Notes: generated by a model not told the origin, from the letters alone. A DNA stretch of 64,000 nt from an uncultured bacterium (GCA_965368975.1 CBDUPA010000009.1:128001-192000); one strand, 5' to 3'; numbered from the stretch's first letter, positions 16,600 through 26,707 are shown. Program-made: numbers and translations.

Positions 16600-18258
16600 T
16601 TACCCCGTGCGCATGAAGTGCCAGCGCAGATCCCCTTCGAAGCGCTGGTAGACCTCCGGCTGGATCCGCTGCTGGAACTCCCGCAGCACCGACGACAGGT
16701 GCGCGCCGCGGGCGACGGCCTCGATGGCGTCGGCGGCGTCGGCTCCGGCGCGGCTGATGTAGGTCTGCCACACAGCTTGCCGCACCGATCCCGTGGACAG
16801 CGAGATGTTCGGCATCTTCGCCACGCCGCGCTTCAGGATCGAGAGCTTGTGCTTGAGGCTCTTCTCGTCGTCCATGGCTTCGCGCTGCCAGGGGGTGAAC
16901 GGCTTGGGCACCAGCACGCTCGCGCCGAGCTGGATGTGACCGATGATGCCGGTCTCGCGGGCCAGCTCTTCGAGCATGATGCTGCGAGCTTCGGCGGCGA
17001 GTTCAAGGATGCCCTGGATGTCGTCGAGCGTTTCGTCCGGCAGGCCGACGATGAAGTAGAGCTTGAGCTGGGTCATGCCGCTACGGAAGATGAGGCGGAT
17101 CTTGTTCAACAGGACGGAGTTGGGGATCGGCTTGCCCATCTTGCGGCGCAGCTCGTCGGTGCCGGTTTCGGGCGCCAGGGTGATCGAGCGATCGCCGCTG
17201 CGGTAGAGGGCGTCGAGCACGGACTCGTTGACGGCGGGGATGCGGATCGACGAGACGGAAGCGCGGAAGCCGAGGTCGACGGCTTGCTGCAGGATCTTCG
17301 CCACTTCCGGGTGGTCACCGACGGCGGTGGCGACGAAGCCGACCTGGTCGGTGAAGTCGCGGGCGCGTTCCATGGCGTCGAGGATGTAGCCAGTGGGGTG
17401 CCAGCGGAATTTCCCCATGCCGAAGGTGGCCCAGCAGTAGCGGCACTTCTCCGGGCAGCCGCGCGACATCTCGATCAGGAACTTGTTGGCGAACTCGGTG
17501 TGCGGGGTGAGGATGCTGCTGGTGGGCAGGTGGCCAGGGAGTTGCATTTGCTCGGAGGTAATTTCGAGCTTGCGCAGTTTGTCGAGGCCGTCGAGTTCGT
17601 GGATGTGGTGGTGCGCCGGCACGAAGAAGCCGGGCTTGGACGCAAGCTGCTCCAGGACGGCTTCGCGCGCGTGCTTGTTGCCGTCGGCGTCTTCCAGGCT
17701 AGCGAGGAGCGGGGTAACCAGGTTCTCACCGGAACCGAGCGCGAAGACGTCGACGAACTCGGCCATCGCCAGGGGGTTGATCGAGGCGCAGGAGCCGCCC
17801 ATGACGATCAAGGGATCCCACGGACCGCGGTCGCGACGGCGGGCGGGGATGCCGGCGCGGTCGAGCATGCGGACGAGGTGCACGTAGTCTTCCTCGAAGG
17901 AGACCGAGAAGGCGATACAGCCGAACTCGCTGAGCGGCGTGTCGGCCTCGACGGACAGCGGCATTTCCACCGGAGCGTGTGCGCGGCCGCCGTTGGCCGT
18001 GATGCCGTCGAGAAAGAAGCGCTGACACGACCAGTTCGGACGCGCGTGCACCAGCTCGTAGATGCGCTGGAACGCCAGGCTCGACATGCCGACGTGGTAG
18101 CTGTTGCCGTAGGCGAGCGCTAGCCGGTGGTCACCGTGGTGGTTGAAGTCGCGCAGGGTGCGCTCGTCAGCGCGGTGCTGGCCCCAGTCGTGGCGTTGAG
18201 AACTCTTGGCCGCTGTGCCGCGACGGCCACGACCGCGCGCGGTGGATCGCTTCGCCAT
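16600..18258 (-). CDS. Radical SAM protein (YgiQ/TIGR03960-like)
   Basis: YHVGMSSLAFQ, IEMSRGCPEKCRYC (CxxxCxxC), LAPETG, KLYFIVGLP, VPKPFTPWQ; ATG at 18258. Confidence 0.88.
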   Translation of the reverse strand: MAKRSTARGRGRRGTAAKSSQRHDWGQHRADERTLRDFNHHGDHRLALAYGNSYHVGMSSLAFQRIYELVHARPNWSCQRFFLDGITANGGRAHAPVEMPLSVEADTPLSEFGCIAFSVSFEEDYVHLVRMLDRAGIPARRRDRGPWDPLIVMGGSCASINPLAMAEFVDVFALGSGENLVTPLLASLEDADGNKHAREAVLEQLASKPGFFVPAHHHIHELDGLDKLRKLEITSEQMQLPGHLPTSSILTPHTEFANKFLIEMSRGCPEKCRYCWATFGMGKFRWHPTGYILDAMERARDFTDQVGFVATAVGDHPEVAKILQQAVDLGFRASVSSIRIPAVNESVLDALYRSGDRSITLAPETGTDELRRKMGKPIPNSVLLNKIRLIFRSGMTQLKLYFIVGLPDETLDDIQGILELAAEARSIMLEELARETGIIGHIQLGASVLVPKPFTPWQREAMDDEKSLKHKLSILKRGVAKMPNISLSTGSVRQAVWQTYISRAGADAADAIEAVARGAHLSSVLREFQQRIQPEVYQRFEGDLRWHFMRTG

Positions 18259-18263
18259 CTTGG

Positions 18264-19778
18264 TCAGGGACCGGTCCAGGTGACGGCTGGCGGTGCGGGC
18301 TGATCGTCGTCGACGCGCACGCGCAGGCTCCACGGCGTCTCGGTCACGCGGCCCAGGCGATCCTCGGCTTCGATTTCGAGCACCAGGTCTCGGCTCGTCG
18401 CCGGGGGTGACACCTCTGGCGGTGCCAGAGTGCCGCGACGCCAGGTGCGCCAGGCGTCGCTCCCCTCGGCACCTGCCTGGCGCCAGCGGTAGCGCACGGC
18501 CTGGACACCCGAAACATCGTCGTGCATCAGCAAGCGGAGGCTGGCGCCCGGGGCCAGCTCGGCGACGCCGTCCGGCGTGACCCGGCCCGCGCCTTCGATG
18601 GCAACGGCGACGGTGGGCGGATCGAGGTCGATGCGCTCTTGAGTGATGGTCAGGGGCCAGGGTCGGCTGGGGTAGCCGTCGAGGCCGCTGTCGCTGACCG
18701 CGGTGACGCGCCAGTAGAGGTCGCCGACCGGCAGGGCTTCCTCGGGCAGCCAGCTGAGATCGCCGAGTCCATCCTGACGGCGCAGGAGCTGTGAGCAATC
18801 GCCGTTGGCGCAGATCTCGACGCTGTAGCTCGCCGCCTCGGCGACGGCCTTCCAGCGGAAGCGCGGGTTGGCGAAGTCCCAGGAGGAGCGTCGTGCGGGC
18901 GTTTCGGCGGTGGGCGCGGCCAGCAGCCGCTCGGGCGGCGCGGGCGGGCCGTCTTCCGGGACCGACGTTCCCATGCCGCGGGGCACCGCCACCGACTCGC
19001 CGGCCGCCGCCACGTCACTGATGCCGCGGTAGACCATGACCTGGGCGCCGCCACCCTCGGGACGGCGCGCGCGTGTCCGAGCCAGGCCGCTGGCGTCCGG
19101 GCGCGGTCGTGCCAGGGCGTCGCCGATGACGATCTCGATCTCCTTCGACCCCGCGCGCTCCGGCCGAGACTGCACTTCCGCCTGGCCGCGGCGGATCTCG
19201 ATCGAGTCGCGACTAACGCCTTCGAGGCTGGCGTCGATACGCTTGAGGTAGATCTGCGAGTCCTCGCCCACGAGCAGGCGGGAACGGTCGTCGAAGGTCA
19301 GTTCGGCGGAGCTGCGCGTGTAGGTGCGGACGCCGTCACGCTCCTTCAGCTGGTCGCCAATCACGGCACGCTGCGTTTCGAAGGTCGGGTGCAACTGCTT
19401 CTCGACCCGGCGGCTGACGTCGGTGAGCTCGGCGCGCCGGGGCTCGGGGGGCCGGAAGGTGATGACGCGTAGCCGCTGGCCGATGCGCAGCAGGTTCGGG
19501 TTGTTGATCTGGGGATTGAGGCGCAGGTTCTCACGCCACAGGCGCGAGGTGCCGAGGTGGCGGAAGGTGATGGCTTCCAGGGTGTCTCCGGAAACGACGC
19601 TGTACCAGTCCACTTTGTCGCCGGTGCGCGGCAGCGGCGGTAGCTGGTAAGGGTCTTGCGCACGGCTCGGGGTGGTGACCAGCAGGCTGGTGCCGAGAAG
19701 GAGAGCGCTGGCCAGCAGCCAACCGGTCCGACGCGAGTTCGAGGCGGGCAGATTCACCGTAGAGGGGGCCGAGATCAT
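18264..19778 (-). CDS. Exported LysM + FecR-like + Ig/FN3-like domain protein
   Basis: Signal peptide; YSVVSGDTLEAI...NPQINNPNLLRIGQRL (LysM); GDQLKERDGVRT..SSAELTFDDRSRLLVGEDS (FecR-like). Confidence 0.75.
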   Translation of the reverse strand: MISAPSTVNLPASNSRRTGWLLASALLLGTSLLVTTPSRAQDPYQLPPLPRTGDKVDWYSVVSGDTLEAITFRHLGTSRLWRENLRLNPQINNPNLLRIGQRLRVITFRPPEPRRAELTDVSRRVEKQLHPTFETQRAVIGDQLKERDGVRTYTRSSAELTFDDRSRLLVGEDSQIYLKRIDASLEGVSRDSIEIRRGQAEVQSRPERAGSKEIEIVIGDALARPRPDASGLARTRARRPEGGGAQVMVYRGISDVAAAGESVAVPRGMGTSVPEDGPPAPPERLLAAPTAETPARRSSWDFANPRFRWKAVAEAASYSVEICANGDCSQLLRRQDGLGDLSWLPEEALPVGDLYWRVTAVSDSGLDGYPSRPWPLTITQERIDLDPPTVAVAIEGAGRVTPDGVAELAPGASLRLLMHDDVSGVQAVRYRWRQAGAEGSDAWRTWRRGTLAPPEVSPPATSRDLVLEIEAEDRLGRVTETPWSLRVRVDDDQPAPPAVTWTGP

Positions 19779-21244
19779 GGCTGGTCTCCTGCGGACGGAC
19801 GGACACGGATTTCCCAGGTCGCCTCGGAGCGATGTCCCAGGCGGTCGATGGCGCGTGCCACCAGGCGATTGCGGCCGGCGTCCGGGAAGCGCACATCGCG
19901 CGGCGCCACCGTCCAGTGGATGCCGTCGACGGCGACCTCCTGGATCTCGACCCCGGCACCGTCATCCATGGCCTCAATGTGCACGGACTCACCTTCGAGC
20001 AGCTGCAGCGTCTCGCCGGGAGGGACGTGGCTGCCGTCCGGGGCACGCAGGACGAAGCGGGGTCCCTCTCGATCGACCCTCCACGTAGCCTCTACCTGCG
20101 TCACATTGCCGACACGGTCGACGGCTCGCAGGCCTAGGGATGCTGCGTCGACCACGAGCTTGGCGGCGTCGAGGCCGCGCGGCTCGGCGCTGACGATCTG
20201 CTCGCCGCTCCAATCGAGTTCGGCGACGCCAGCCACGTCATCTTGGCTCGTCAGCTCCACCGTCACGGGGGGACGGTAGACCCATTCGCCGTCACGTTCG
20301 ACGCCCATGCTGGTCAGGCGCCAGTTGACGCTGGGACCTTCGGCATCGACGACGAAGTCGAGCGGTGCGAGGTCGGCCTGGTTGCCAACCCGGTCGAGCG
20401 CGGCAACTTCTGCGCGGTAGCGACCCGCTGGCCAGTCCTGGCGTCGCCAGTCGTCGAGGCTCACGTCTTCGCCGTTGATGCGCGGCGTCCAGCGGTCGAG
20501 CCCGGTTTCCGGATCGGAGACGCGGGCTTGGAGCTGCACGGAGGGTGGCGCGACCAGGGTTGGGACGCCGTCGACGGCGGTCTCGAGCCAGGCGTCACCC
20601 TGCAGCTGGATATCGCCACGCGGGGGCTCTGCATCGACCAACAGGCGGACGGTCGCGTCGTCGGTGCGATTCCCAACGGTATCGACCGCCCAGGTGGTGA
20701 TCTCGACGCTGCCCGTGTTCGGCAACAGCGCTTCCGCCAGCGCGCCGGCGGAGGCGATTTCGCGTGTACCCTCGCGGTCGATCTGCAGCACCACCTCGGC
20801 AACGCCGGCCGGAGCGTCTTCGGCTCGGCTGGCCGCACGGGCCCCGGGAGGCACCCACAAGCGCTGGATCGTGTCCTTGACCGGCTGCGGTGTCACCTCG
20901 AAGCTCAGTTGCGGCGCGTCACCGTCGACCCACAGCAAGAGAAACCGGGGCTCGGAGAGATTGCCGGCTTGATCCCGGGACACGACAGTCAACCAGTGGC
21001 GGCCCGCATCCGGCGCCGTCACTTCGGTGACTGGCTGCAGGAGGCCGCCGTCGAGGGCCGCCTCGTAGCGCACGCCCGCTTCGGGTGCGGCGAGGTCGAG
21101 TCGACCTCCCGGAGGAACGATCAACGGGGCAGCGGCAGGGCCGTCAGCCGGCCGTGCCGCCGAAGGGGTCGGTGCTGCGGTCAGAACCGCCAGCAGCAGC
21201 GCCGTCGTCCACGAACGGACAGTAGACACTTTGGCTCTTCTCAT
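19775..21244 (-). CDS. Exported protein with repeated Ig-like beta-sandwich modules
   Basis: Signal peptide; repeated DxAGN/DRVGN...VDxxxP motifs; start uncertain (overlaps the kinase 3' end). Confidence 0.65.
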   Translation of the reverse strand: MRRAKVSTVRSWTTALLLAVLTAAPTPSAARPADGPAAAPLIVPPGGRLDLAAPEAGVRYEAALDGGLLQPVTEVTAPDAGRHWLTVVSRDQAGNLSEPRFLLLWVDGDAPQLSFEVTPQPVKDTIQRLWVPPGARAASRAEDAPAGVAEVVLQIDREGTREIASAGALAEALLPNTGSVEITTWAVDTVGNRTDDATVRLLVDAEPPRGDIQLQGDAWLETAVDGVPTLVAPPSVQLQARVSDPETGLDRWTPRINGEDVSLDDWRRQDWPAGRYRAEVAALDRVGNQADLAPLDFVVDAEGPSVNWRLTSMGVERDGEWVYRPPVTVELTSQDDVAGVAELDWSGEQIVSAEPRGLDAAKLVVDAASLGLRAVDRVGNVTQVEATWRVDREGPRFVLRAPDGSHVPPGETLQLLEGESVHIEAMDDGAGVEIQEVAVDGIHWTVAPRDVRFPDAGRNRLVARAIDRLGHRSEATWEIRVRPSAGDQP

Positions 21245-23090
21245 AGTTCACCTGCTTTGACTTCATCCGGCGAAGGCGCTCCACACTCCAGGGCTCGGCG
21301 CTGAGCGCTTCCAGCCGGGGAATCAGATCTTGCGCCCGTCCCAAGCGCCGGGAGGGTTGCTTCTCGAGCAATCCGTCGATCAGCTCTGCCAGTGCGTTGG
21401 GAACGTCTGGGCGCTGTGCCTGGATCGGCGTCACGTCCTGCCGCACCGTGTTCATCAACATTTCACGCATGTGGGCGCCGCGGTACAGGCGCTGTCCTGT
21501 GAGGCATTCGTAGAGGATGACACCAAGAGAGAACCAATCGCCGGGCTCGGCATAGCCGCGGCCGGTAATCGCTTCTGGGGGTAGATAACCTGGGGTACCG
21601 AAGATCCTGCCGGATTCCGGCGCCAGCTCCGAGGCGAAGCGGGCGATACCGAAGTCGACGACTTTGATGGTGCCGTCCCAACCGAGCAAGATATTCCCGG
21701 GTTTGACGTCATGGTGCACGATACCTTGGGCATGTGCTGCCTGCAAGCCGCTGGCCATGGCGACGGCCAGCGGCAGAAGTTCCTGCACCTCCAGTGGCCC
21801 GCGGAGCTTCTGGTAGGCCTCGAGGGTGAGGCCGTCGACCAGCTCCATGGCGATGAAGCCGGCGGAACGCTCTTGCTGTACGTCGAAGACCGCGACCACA
21901 TTCGGGTGATTGATGCGTGCGATGGTCACGGCCTCGCCGAGCAGAGCGGCAACCTTCTCGCCGCGCTCGCTCTCGTCCAGCGTCTTGCTGACCCGCACGG
22001 TTTTCAGGGCTACCGGCCGCTGCAGCACCGGATCCCAGGCTCGGAAGACGGTTCCCATACCCCCTTCGCCCAGAACGTCGATCACCTGGTAGCGGCCCAA
22101 GAAGACCTTGTCGAGCTGCTCCCGATCGTTGAGATGGCGCTCCAGGATCTCCAGCGACGCCCGCAACTGGTCGATCTCGTCACCGCCGCCTGTGGCCTCG
22201 AAGCCGATCAGGCGCTGCTGGTCGCTGAGCAGGCGGCGGATGGGACGCACGACGGTGGCGTAGGCCGCGGTGGTGGTGACAGCGATCAGCAGCAGCGCAC
22301 CGACGATGGCCAGCAAGGACAGGCGATCCATGCGCCGTGCCTGCGCCTCGGCGACCTCGACCCGTTGCTGCGAGACGACGATCCACGACGTGCCCGGAAT
22401 GGGGAAGTAGGCCCCCAGCACCCGGCGATCGCCATCGCCGAAGACACCGCTACCGATCTGGCCGCTGGTGAGAGCGCGCTGGAAGAGTTCGGTCGGCAGC
22501 TGTTCGGTCGAGGTGATCGTGCCGGTGACCAGTGCGCCATCGGTGTCCAAGATCGCTTGGTCGACCGCGTTGCCGATTTCTTGTGGGTTGAGGACGTCCG
22601 CGAGATCGCCGGCGAAGGAGACGAGCACGACGTCGCCCTGACCGTCAGGCAGAGCGCTCCGGCTGCGTAGCCAGGCCGTGGTTTCGGTTTCCAGATAGGT
22701 TGCAGGAGCCTGCAGCACCTGGTCGATGGCAGCAACATGTTCGCGGCGCTGGGCGCGCAGAAGTTCCGTGCCGTCGGCCCCATGCAGGACGATGGCGACC
22801 AACTCCGGTTCCGCTTGCAGCATTCCAGCCAGCAAACCGGAGGTTTCGGCCGAGCCGGGAGCCGTCGACACCGCAGGATGATTGGCCAGCGTTCGGGCCA
22901 ACAGCGTGCGTCGCCTCAGCAGCTCAGAAACGCGCTCAGCGCGCGTACGTGCCGCCAGGATCTGGGCTGCCAGGACGTTGTCGCGCAGGGTCTGGTGGAC
23001 CTGGGCGCGGTCGGTCAACACCACGGCGAGCGGCACAACGCCGACCAGCAGCAGGGCCAAGATGACGCGGGTGATCAGAGGCAGGCGCAC
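21144..23090 (-). CDS. Membrane serine/threonine protein kinase with extracytoplasmic Cache-like sensor
   Basis: Two TM segments; LGEGGMGTV, VALK, HHDVKPGN, DFG, GTPGYLPPE. Confidence 0.9.
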   Translation of the reverse strand: MRLPLITRVILALLLVGVVPLAVVLTDRAQVHQTLRDNVLAAQILAARTRAERVSELLRRRTLLARTLANHPAVSTAPGSAETSGLLAGMLQAEPELVAIVLHGADGTELLRAQRREHVAAIDQVLQAPATYLETETTAWLRSRSALPDGQGDVVLVSFAGDLADVLNPQEIGNAVDQAILDTDGALVTGTITSTEQLPTELFQRALTSGQIGSGVFGDGDRRVLGAYFPIPGTSWIVVSQQRVEVAEAQARRMDRLSLLAIVGALLLIAVTTTAAYATVVRPIRRLLSDQQRLIGFEATGGGDEIDQLRASLEILERHLNDREQLDKVFLGRYQVIDVLGEGGMGTVFRAWDPVLQRPVALKTVRVSKTLDESERGEKVAALLGEAVTIARINHPNVVAVFDVQQERSAGFIAMELVDGLTLEAYQKLRGPLEVQELLPLAVAMASGLQAAHAQGIVHHDVKPGNILLGWDGTIKVVDFGIARFASELAPESGRIFGTPGYLPPEAITGRGYAEPGDWFSLGVILYECLTGQRLYRGAHMREMLMNTVRQDVTPIQAQRPDVPNALAELIDGLLEKQPSRRLGRAQDLIPRLEALSAEPWSVERLRRMKSKQVNYEKSQSVYCPFVDDGAAAGGSDRSTDPFGGTAG

Positions 23091-23121
23091 AGCGAGCCGG
23101 TTCCGGGGGGGAGCGGAACGC

Positions 23122-23580
23122 TCAGTTCTTCATGCGCACGACGTTGCCAGCACTCGCCTGGCCAGCACTGGCACTGCCCACATCGGCGCCTGCGGTCGCT
23201 GGTGACGTACGAACGGACGCTGGCGCCGATCGCTCTCGGCGGCTCATGGCGCACCGCCCCTCGAACAGAGCCCCTTCCTCGATCACGAGAGCGGCGGTAT
23301 CCAGCTCGGCGTATACCTTGCCCTCAGGAGCGATCTGCACCTTCCGGCGAGCGCGCACGTGGCCTTGCACGAGACCGGAGATCAGAACCTGGTCGACCTC
23401 GATCTCGCCGTCGATCTGGCCGCGCTCACCGACCACCAAGGTTCCTTCCGAGGTGATCCGGCCGGTGAAGTGGCCGTCGATGCGGAAGGTGTTCTCAAAA
23501 CGAAGCTCACCCTGTATGTGACTTCCGGCATCCAGGAACCCATTGAGGTCACTGGTCACTGGTTCCGACTTGAATCGCAT
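23122..23580 (-). CDS. Bactofilin (polymer-forming cytoskeletal protein)
   Basis: GSHIQGEL.F...RIDG.F.G.I...LVIEEGALFEGRCAM. Confidence 0.9.
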   Translation of the reverse strand: MRFKSEPVTSDLNGFLDAGSHIQGELRFENTFRIDGHFTGRITSEGTLVVGERGQIDGEIEVDQVLISGLVQGHVRARRKVQIAPEGKVYAELDTAALVIEEGALFEGRCAMSRRERSAPASVRTSPATAGADVGSASAGQASAGNVVRMKN

Positions 23581-23651
23581 GGATTGACCTCTTCTCCAAC
23601 AAGCAGCAGTAGCATCCACTACCGTTAGTGCAGTTCCTCGCGGCGCTCCGC

Positions 23652-24563
23652 TCAGTCCCGTTCCATCAGTGCGTCGAACAGGCGCATCAACTCGTCTTCT
23701 GAATGAAAGTGTATGCGAACTTGCCCGCCCTTGCCGCGACGGCGAATCTCGACGCGCGTCTGGAGCTGGCGGGTGAGCCGGTCCGCGGCGGCCGAAGTGT
23801 GCACGTCTGGGGCCGCCGGCACTTTGGGGGCAGCCTTGGCCGGGTCGCTCGCCAAGCGCTCCATCTCGCGCGCCGACAAACCGTCACGAGCTGCCTGCTC
23901 GGCCAGCTCGACCTGCCGAGCCTCGGTGAGCGTCAGCAGAGGTCGCACCTGCCCGGGCGTCACCTGACCACCGCGCAGCAGATCGAGAACTTCCGGCTGT
24001 AAACGTAGCAGGCGCAAGGAGTTCGTGACCGTCGTGCGGGCCTTGCCAACCCGCTTAGCGATCTCTTCTTGCGACAGCTGGAAGGATTCCTGCAGCGAGC
24101 GATAGGCCTCGGCTTCTTCCACCGGGTTCAGGTCGGCGCGCTGCAGATTTTCGACCAGTGCTAGCTCCAGCAGCTCCCGATCACCGTCGACCTCGCGCAC
24201 CACGACCGGAACGGCGTCGAGGCCGGCGCGCTGTGCAGCACGCCAGCGCCGCTCGCCCGCGATGATCGCGTGCTTGCCGTTCTCGCGCGGCGTGACCACG
24301 ATCGGCTGGATCACCCCCTGGGCGCGGATCGAGTCCGCGAGCTCTTCGAGCCCCTGCTCGTTGAACTCCGTTCGCGGCTGGAACCGGTTGGGCTCCAGCA
24401 GGTTGACGGGAAGAGCGCGAACTCCGGCGGCTGGCTCGGAATTCGCTTCCGTCGCTGGCGCCGTCGCCCCGTTCTCCGTCTCCTCCGTGTCGACCATGCC
24501 TGCCGGCAGCGGGCCACCCAGGAGAGCATCGAGACCGCGGCCCAGGCCGCGCTTCTTACTCAT
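23652..24563 (-). CDS. parB: Chromosome partitioning protein ParB
   Basis: KKRGLGRGLDALL, PNRFQPR, GVIQPIVV, IIAGERRWRAA, ALVENLQRADLNPVEEA. Confidence 0.97.
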   Translation of the reverse strand: MSKKRGLGRGLDALLGGPLPAGMVDTEETENGATAPATEANSEPAAGVRALPVNLLEPNRFQPRTEFNEQGLEELADSIRAQGVIQPIVVTPRENGKHAIIAGERRWRAAQRAGLDAVPVVVREVDGDRELLELALVENLQRADLNPVEEAEAYRSLQESFQLSQEEIAKRVGKARTTVTNSLRLLRLQPEVLDLLRGGQVTPGQVRPLLTLTEARQVELAEQAARDGLSAREMERLASDPAKAAPKVPAAPDVHTSAAADRLTRQLQTRVEIRRRGKGGQVRIHFHSEDELMRLFDALMERD

Positions 24564-24574
24564 CGCCCCGAAAC

Positions 24575-25336
24575 TCAGGCGGCGCGCTGGAGGAACTCGC
24601 GGGCGAGATCCAGATAGGCCTTGGCGCCCCGACACTTGATGTCGTACTGGAAGATCGGCATGCCGTGGCTCGGAGCCTCCGCCAGACGCACGTTTCGCGG
24701 GATGATGGTCTCGTAGACGTTGCCCATGAAGTGGGTGCGGATCTCGTCGGCGACATCCTTGGACAGGTTGGTCCGGTCGTCGTACATGGTCAACAGGATG
24801 CCGTTGATGCCGAGATCCTTGTTGATCGCGCGCTGGACGCGCTGCACCGTGGCCATCAACTCACTGACGCCCTCGAGGGCGAAGTATTCGCACTGCAGCG
24901 GTACCAAGACCTGGTGCGCGGCTGTCAGAGCGTTGACCGTGAGGTGGCCGAGCGAGGGCGGGCAGTCGAGCAGGATGATTTCGTAGTCGGCGGAAAGAGC
25001 GTCCAGCATCGCGCGTAGCCGGCGCTCCCAGCCGTCGTGACCGACGAACTCGACTTCGACGCCCACCAGGTCGCGGTTCGAGGGCAGCAGATCGAGATTG
25101 GGAAAGCCACTCGGGCGCACGGCTTCGCGCGGTGGGCAGTCACCAGACAGGGCGTGGTAGAGGTGAGGTTCCTCTGCAATCTTGCCAAGTCCTCGCGTTG
25201 CATTGCCCTGGGGATCACAGTCCACCAGGAGTACCTTGCGCTCCAGGGCTCCTAGCGCGGCACCGAGGTTGATCGCGGTGGTCGTCTTGCCGACGCCGCC
25301 CTTCTGATTGACGATCGCGAGAATCTGGCTGTTCAT
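24575..25336 (-). CDS. parA: Chromosome partitioning ATPase ParA/Soj
   Basis: NQKGGVGKTT, DCDPQGNAT, DCPPSLG, PLQCEYFALEG, IPRNVRLAEAPSHG. Confidence 0.97.
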   Translation of the reverse strand: MNSQILAIVNQKGGVGKTTTAINLGAALGALERKVLLVDCDPQGNATRGLGKIAEEPHLYHALSGDCPPREAVRPSGFPNLDLLPSNRDLVGVEVEFVGHDGWERRLRAMLDALSADYEIILLDCPPSLGHLTVNALTAAHQVLVPLQCEYFALEGVSELMATVQRVQRAINKDLGINGILLTMYDDRTNLSKDVADEIRTHFMGNVYETIIPRNVRLAEAPSHGMPIFQYDIKCRGAKAYLDLAREFLQRAA

Positions 25337-25398
25337 TGGGATGCTCTCCCTCTCCTTCTGCTGGTCAACATCTTCCCAAGTCCCGATCTGGCTTGCTT

Positions 25399-26052
25399 TC
25401 ACTCGCTTCGGCGGTACTCGACGATCCGCCGACATTCACTGCCCGTGAGCGCGAGCTCACGGTGGAATGCCCACCCCTCACACAGTTCCGGATCCATCTC
25501 ACCCCACCATAGGAACAACCGAGCATCAGGCCTCAACAAAGGCATCAAGACCTGCCATTGAGCGCGGTTCAGCTTGAGGGCACGGACGGTCAAGAACTGT
25601 ACGTCTGCCGGCTGAATTTCGGCGACGAAAGCCGGCGAAAGGGGAACGTCCACTCTAGCATTGAGGCAGGAGCTGGGCAATCCAGCGCGGTGCGTTGCGG
25701 AAGTCAGAAACGCCCACTTTCGCTGTCTTGGCTCCACCAGCACCACGTGCATTCTGGGTCGTGCCGCCGCCAGCACCACGCCGGGGAAACCACCGCCGGA
25801 TCCGAGGTCCAGAAGCCGGCCCTGGGCGTCGCCCAGAAGCGGCAAGGCCTGCAGGGCCTCACCGTAGTGTCGCTCGACCACATCCTCCGCCGTGCCCGGC
25901 CCGACCAACGACAGGCGCGGGTTCCAGCGGCGGAGCTCCTGGTAGTGCACCCACAGCTGCTCGTGGACGGCTTGCGGCAGGCCCTCCGGCGACGCCGCGG
26001 CGAGACGGGCGGAGAAGTCTGCAAGGGAAAGGTCTGGGAGCTGTGCCGCCAT
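25399..26052 (-). CDS. rsmG: 16S rRNA m7G527 methyltransferase RsmG (GidB)
   Basis: RWNPRLSLVG, LDLGSGGGFPG, LVEPRQRKWAFL; position upstream of parA. Confidence 0.92.
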   Translation of the reverse strand: MAAQLPDLSLADFSARLAAASPEGLPQAVHEQLWVHYQELRRWNPRLSLVGPGTAEDVVERHYGEALQALPLLGDAQGRLLDLGSGGGFPGVVLAAARPRMHVVLVEPRQRKWAFLTSATHRAGLPSSCLNARVDVPLSPAFVAEIQPADVQFLTVRALKLNRAQWQVLMPLLRPDARLFLWWGEMDPELCEGWAFHRELALTGSECRRIVEYRRSE

Positions 26053-26086
26053 GGTAGACGGATCCTGCCCGCCTACCGAGGGCGGG

Positions 26087-26539
26087 TCAAGCCAGCGCTG
26101 CCCCGGCAGCTGGTGGCGGCCCGTCCACGGGTGGTTCGGTGCTGTCTGGGTCCGAGATTCGGCACAGCCGGCACAGCAAGAGGGCGACCAGATTGCTGGT
26201 CAACCAGTAGAGCACCAGGCCGCTAGCAGCGTGCAGGAGGAAGAGCGTGAAGACGACCGGCAGGAGGAGGAAGAGGCGGACCCACCACTCGAGCCAACCG
26301 TAGTCAGCAGGGGCGGCGAGGCCTCCAGGGGGCGGTGTCGCGGTAGCCCGCGAGAGACCGGGCGCGAATGCGCGGCCCAGCTGATCAGCGACCGGGAAGA
26401 ACGCGTACCCGGCGAAGAGCAGAGTTGAAGCGAGAAGAAGGGCGACCAGGGGTAGGTGTGGGTCCACGACGAGTTTCCTTCCTTGTGAGCATGACTGGGT
26501 AGTAGGTAGTGAAGGAAGGCTTCTATACGCAGACGCCAC
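26087..26539 (-). CDS. Small membrane protein containing YidC-derived segments (mini-YidC)
   Basis: DYGWLEWWVR and RLFLLLP...ASGLVLYWLTSN match DFGWFPWLAR and RLFLLLP...ASGLVLYWLTSN in the neighbouring YidC; start uncertain. Confidence 0.55.
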   Translation of the reverse strand: MASAYRSLPSLPTTQSCSQGRKLVVDPHLPLVALLLASTLLFAGYAFFPVADQLGRAFAPGLSRATATPPPGGLAAPADYGWLEWWVRLFLLLPVVFTLFLLHAASGLVLYWLTSNLVALLLCRLCRISDPDSTEPPVDGPPPAAGAALA

Positions 26540-26643
26540 CGACCGGTTGCAGGTCAGCTCAGTGAAAGCAGGATGTACCCCAAGAGGACGTCGAGAGGCT
26601 GGAGATGAGCGAGGAGCGGGGAAGGCCAGATAGCAAAAGCGGG

Positions 26644-26659
26644 TGTTTCACGTGAAACA
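26644..26659. promoter_or_regulatory. parS centromere-like site (perfect palindrome)
   Basis: TGTTTCACGTGAAACA, within the longer palindrome GCGGGTGTTTCACGTGAAACACCCGC (26639-26664). Confidence 0.95.
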
Positions 26660-26691
26660 CCCGCATGGGAGAGGACGAGGCGACGAGGTCA

Positions 26692-26707
26692 TGTTTCACG
26701 TGAAACG
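26692..26707. promoter_or_regulatory. Second parS site, overlapping the jag stop codon
   Basis: TGTTTCACGTGAAACG. Confidence 0.9.

Noticed and set aside
15439-18123. 894-aa plus-strand ORF, and many similar long overlapping ORFs
   Set aside because: Antisense shadows of real genes in high-GC DNA, with no recognisable motifs.
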